NCBI GenBank assembly: GCA_963736855.1
Contig: CAVTQK010000020.1
Coordinates: forward strand, 105,670 to 169,669
Origin: an uncultured delta proteobacterium
Lineage (GTDB): Bacteria > Desulfobacterota > Desulfobacteria > Desulfobacterales > UBA2156
Direction: 5' to 3'
Length of the DNA stretch: 64,000 nucleotides
Shown: in pieces, positions 61,790 through 64,000 of the stretch
Numbering within the stretch: the first letter of the stretch is position 1
How the letters are laid out: each line of letters begins with the position of its first letter
Made by a program: the position numbers and the translations under genes
Notes under the pieces: model-generated
What the model was told of the DNA's origin: nothing
Database searches by the model: none
Seen by the model: only the letters and a program-made list of their open reading frames with translations

Positions 61790-62012
61790 ATGAAAATCAG
61801 TTATGATCCGGAAATCGACGCCCTTTACATCAGGCTGATTGAAGGCAAACATGAATGCCGCACCGTGAGACTGAATGAGGAGATTGCACTGAACATCGGG
61901 CCGGATGAAAAGCTTGTAGGAATCGAAATACTCGACGCCACTGAGGTTTTAGGGCAAGGCCGCTATGCCCGATGTCACCCTTGAGAATATTCCCCTGGCG
62001 GCTGCCGTGTAA
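61790..62012 (+). CDS. DUF2283 antitoxin-like protein (frameshift near 61965)
   Basis: MKISYDPEIDALYIRL...LVGIEILDA. Confidence 0.82.
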
Positions 62013-62063
62013 TATTGAGCAAAAGGAGCCGCCAAAAGTCAGCCCGAAGCGGCACATTACCCC

Positions 62064-62165
62064 ATGATTCATCGTTATTCCTCACGCCGCAGTCCGTTAA
62101 AGGATTTCCTGGCCAAACAACTTGAGGGTGCCCGCCGGTACGACCGGATTGCCGGGTTTTTCAGC
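62064..62165 (+). repeat. Diverged copy of the first 34 codons of the PLD-helicase gene
   Basis: MIHRYSSRRSPLKDFLAKQLEGARRYDRIAGFFS, matching 62754-62856. Confidence 0.92.
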
Positions 62166-62252
62166 CGACGTCCTTCAGCCGGTTGCTTTTATTTGATGTA
62201 AATGCTAAAATTAAAGCCATCTTGGGAGAAAAAGAAGTTACCATAAAGGAGA

Positions 62253-62459
62253 ATGACCATGTCACAAGTCGAAATGCTTGAGCAGACTGTCAAACAGCTC
62301 AGCCCCGGTGAACTGGCCGCTTTTCGCTCCTGGTTTATCGAATTTGATGCAGCCGAATGGGATCGTCAGATAGAAATGGATAGCGAGACCGGCAAGCTGG
62401 ACAGGTTAGCGCAAAGCGCCATTGAGGAACACAAGGCGGGAAAGACGAAACGCATTTGA
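62253..62459 (+). CDS. Putative antitoxin
   Basis: LSPGELAAFRSWF...WDRQIEMDSETGKLDRLA; overlaps downstream toxin start. Confidence 0.75.
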   Translation: MTMSQVEMLEQTVKQLSPGELAAFRSWFIEFDAAEWDRQIEMDSETGKLDRLAQSAIEEHKAGKTKRI

Positions 62460-62710
62460 ACCACTTTGCCTCATCGGCCTTCTGGGATTGTTACCGGAGA
62501 TTGCCGCAAAGCATTCAAGAGCTCGCCGATGCACACTTCGCTCTGTTAAAAGAAAATCCGTCTCACCCATCCCTCCACTTCAAGAAAACCGGTAAATACA
62601 GATCAGTCCGTATAGGGATGCATTATCGGGCACTGGCTGTTGAGATACCTGAGGGCCTGTTGTGGTTCTGGATAGGCAGCCACGCTGATTACGACAAAAT
62701 CATCGAATGA
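62456..62710 (+). CDS. ParE/RelE-like toxin
   Basis: FWDCYRRLP, ENPSHPSLHFKK, SVRIGMHYRAL, WFWIGSHADYD. Confidence 0.82.
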   Translation: MNHFASSAFWDCYRRLPQSIQELADAHFALLKENPSHPSLHFKKTGKYRSVRIGMHYRALAVEIPEGLLWFWIGSHADYDKIIE

Positions 62711-62753
62711 CATCCGAAGTGCCGATCGTAATCTTTAACGAAACTTATACCTT

Positions 62754-64000
62754 ATGATCCATCGTTACTCCTCACGCCGAAGTCCGCTGAAAGATTTTCT
62801 GGCCAACCCGATTGCAGGATGCCCGCCGGTACGACCGGATTGCCGGGTTCTTCAGCTCCTCCCTGCTGGAGGTGGCGGGCGAGGCCCTGGAACGGATGAC
62901 GCCGGAAGACGGCGAGACCTGTGTTCGGATGGTCTGCAACTCCTGCCTCAATCCCCTGGACGTTCAGACCGCCCGGGCGGCCAAGTGGGGGATGCACCGC
63001 GAATGGTGCGCATCGCTCCCTGTTGAGATCGGCGCACCCATGAAGGCAAGGCTTCAGCGGCTCTACGACTTTCTCAGCAGCGGTCTTCTCAAGGTGAAAG
63101 TCCTCCCCGACGAGGCCTTCGGCCTGATCCACGGCAAGGCCGGCGTGATCACGCGGACGGACGGATCGCGGGTCTGTTTTATCGGCAGCGCCAACGAGTC
63201 CCGGACGGCCTGGGTCAGCAACTATGAATTGGTATGGCTGGACGAGAGCGAGGAGGGCGTCAGGTGGGTGCAGGAGGAATTTGATGCCCTGTGGTCCTCC
63301 TCCCAGGCGGTGGATCTGGCGGAGGCGGTCGTGCAGGACGTGGCCCGACTGATCCAGCGGGTCGTCGTCACGGATATCGATGCCTGGAAGAAAGAAGAGG
63401 CCCATCCCGCCGAACCGATTGTGGAGCTGCCCATCTACCGACGGGAAAACGGCCTCTGGGCGCACCAGAAATCCTTCATCAAGCTGGCCTTCGACGCCCA
63501 TAAGAACGGCGGCGCCCGATATCTCCTGGCCGATCAGGTGGGGCTGGGAAAGACCGTACAACTGGCCCTCGCCGCCAAACTGATGGCCCTCTATGGCGAC
63601 AGGCCGATTCTTATCCTTGTCCCCAAGCCCTTGATGATCCAGTGGCAGGATGAGTTGTGGAACCTTCTGGAGATGCCCTCGGCACGGTGGAACGGTAAAC
63701 AGTGGGTCGACGAGCTGGAGGTAGCCTATCCTGAATTCGGTCCTCAGGGGATGAGGAAATGTCCGCGCCGGATAGGCATCATTTCTACGGGACTGATCAT
63801 CCGGGGATCGGAAACCGTCGATCTGATCAAGGATTTCGACTACGAATGCGTGATCCTCGACGAGGCGCACCGCGCCAGGAGATCCAATCTCGGTCCCACG
63901 CACCGGGGAGAGAAGGCCGAGCCCAATAACCTGCTGCGTTTTTTGATGGATATTGCTCCGAGAACCCGGAGCCTGTTGCTGGCCACGGCGACGCCGGTGC
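62754..64000 (+). CDS. PLD-nuclease/SNF2-helicase anti-phage protein, frameshift near 62808, runs off window
   Basis: Manual translation: RYDRIAGFFSSS, IHGKAG..IGSANES (PLD HxK), ADQVGLGKT, ILDEAH, LATATP. Confidence 0.88.

Noticed and set aside
61051..62165. Helicase fragments as DGR template repeats
   Set aside because: Differences are not adenine-specific and there is no reverse transcriptase gene.

Overview
64 kb of a sulfate-reducing deltaproteobacterial (Desulfobacterota-like) chromosome: canonical dsrC, a selenocysteine-using Flx-Hdr cluster, ahbA and housekeeping genes (tgt, queA, gatB, epmA/B, pgm, uppP, moeA). Several essential-looking genes carry single-base insertions, most likely long-read errors. 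Main points of interest: (1) a 12-kb operon joining a Cya2-type (predicted guanylyl) class III cyclase, a secreted FGE/C-lectin-fold protein, an NTT/TLC-like transporter with HEAT repeats and a cNMP-binding domain, an orphan GshB-like ATP-grasp ligase and a peptide ABC transporter, with a divergent operon of a degenerate radical-SAM/GNAT fusion, RimK and a PP-loop enzyme; (2) a Flx-Hdr cluster whose HdrC is fused to a NarI-type membrane domain with a predicted periplasmic CxxCH; (3) six copies of a structured MITE family with 6-7 bp target-site duplications, two flanking arsR-arsM; (4) an island at the right end with an IS256 remnant and toxin-antitoxin cassettes interleaved with diverged fragments of the 5' end of the downstream PLD-SNF2 anti-phage gene. 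All assignments come from motif recognition by eye; no searches were run.
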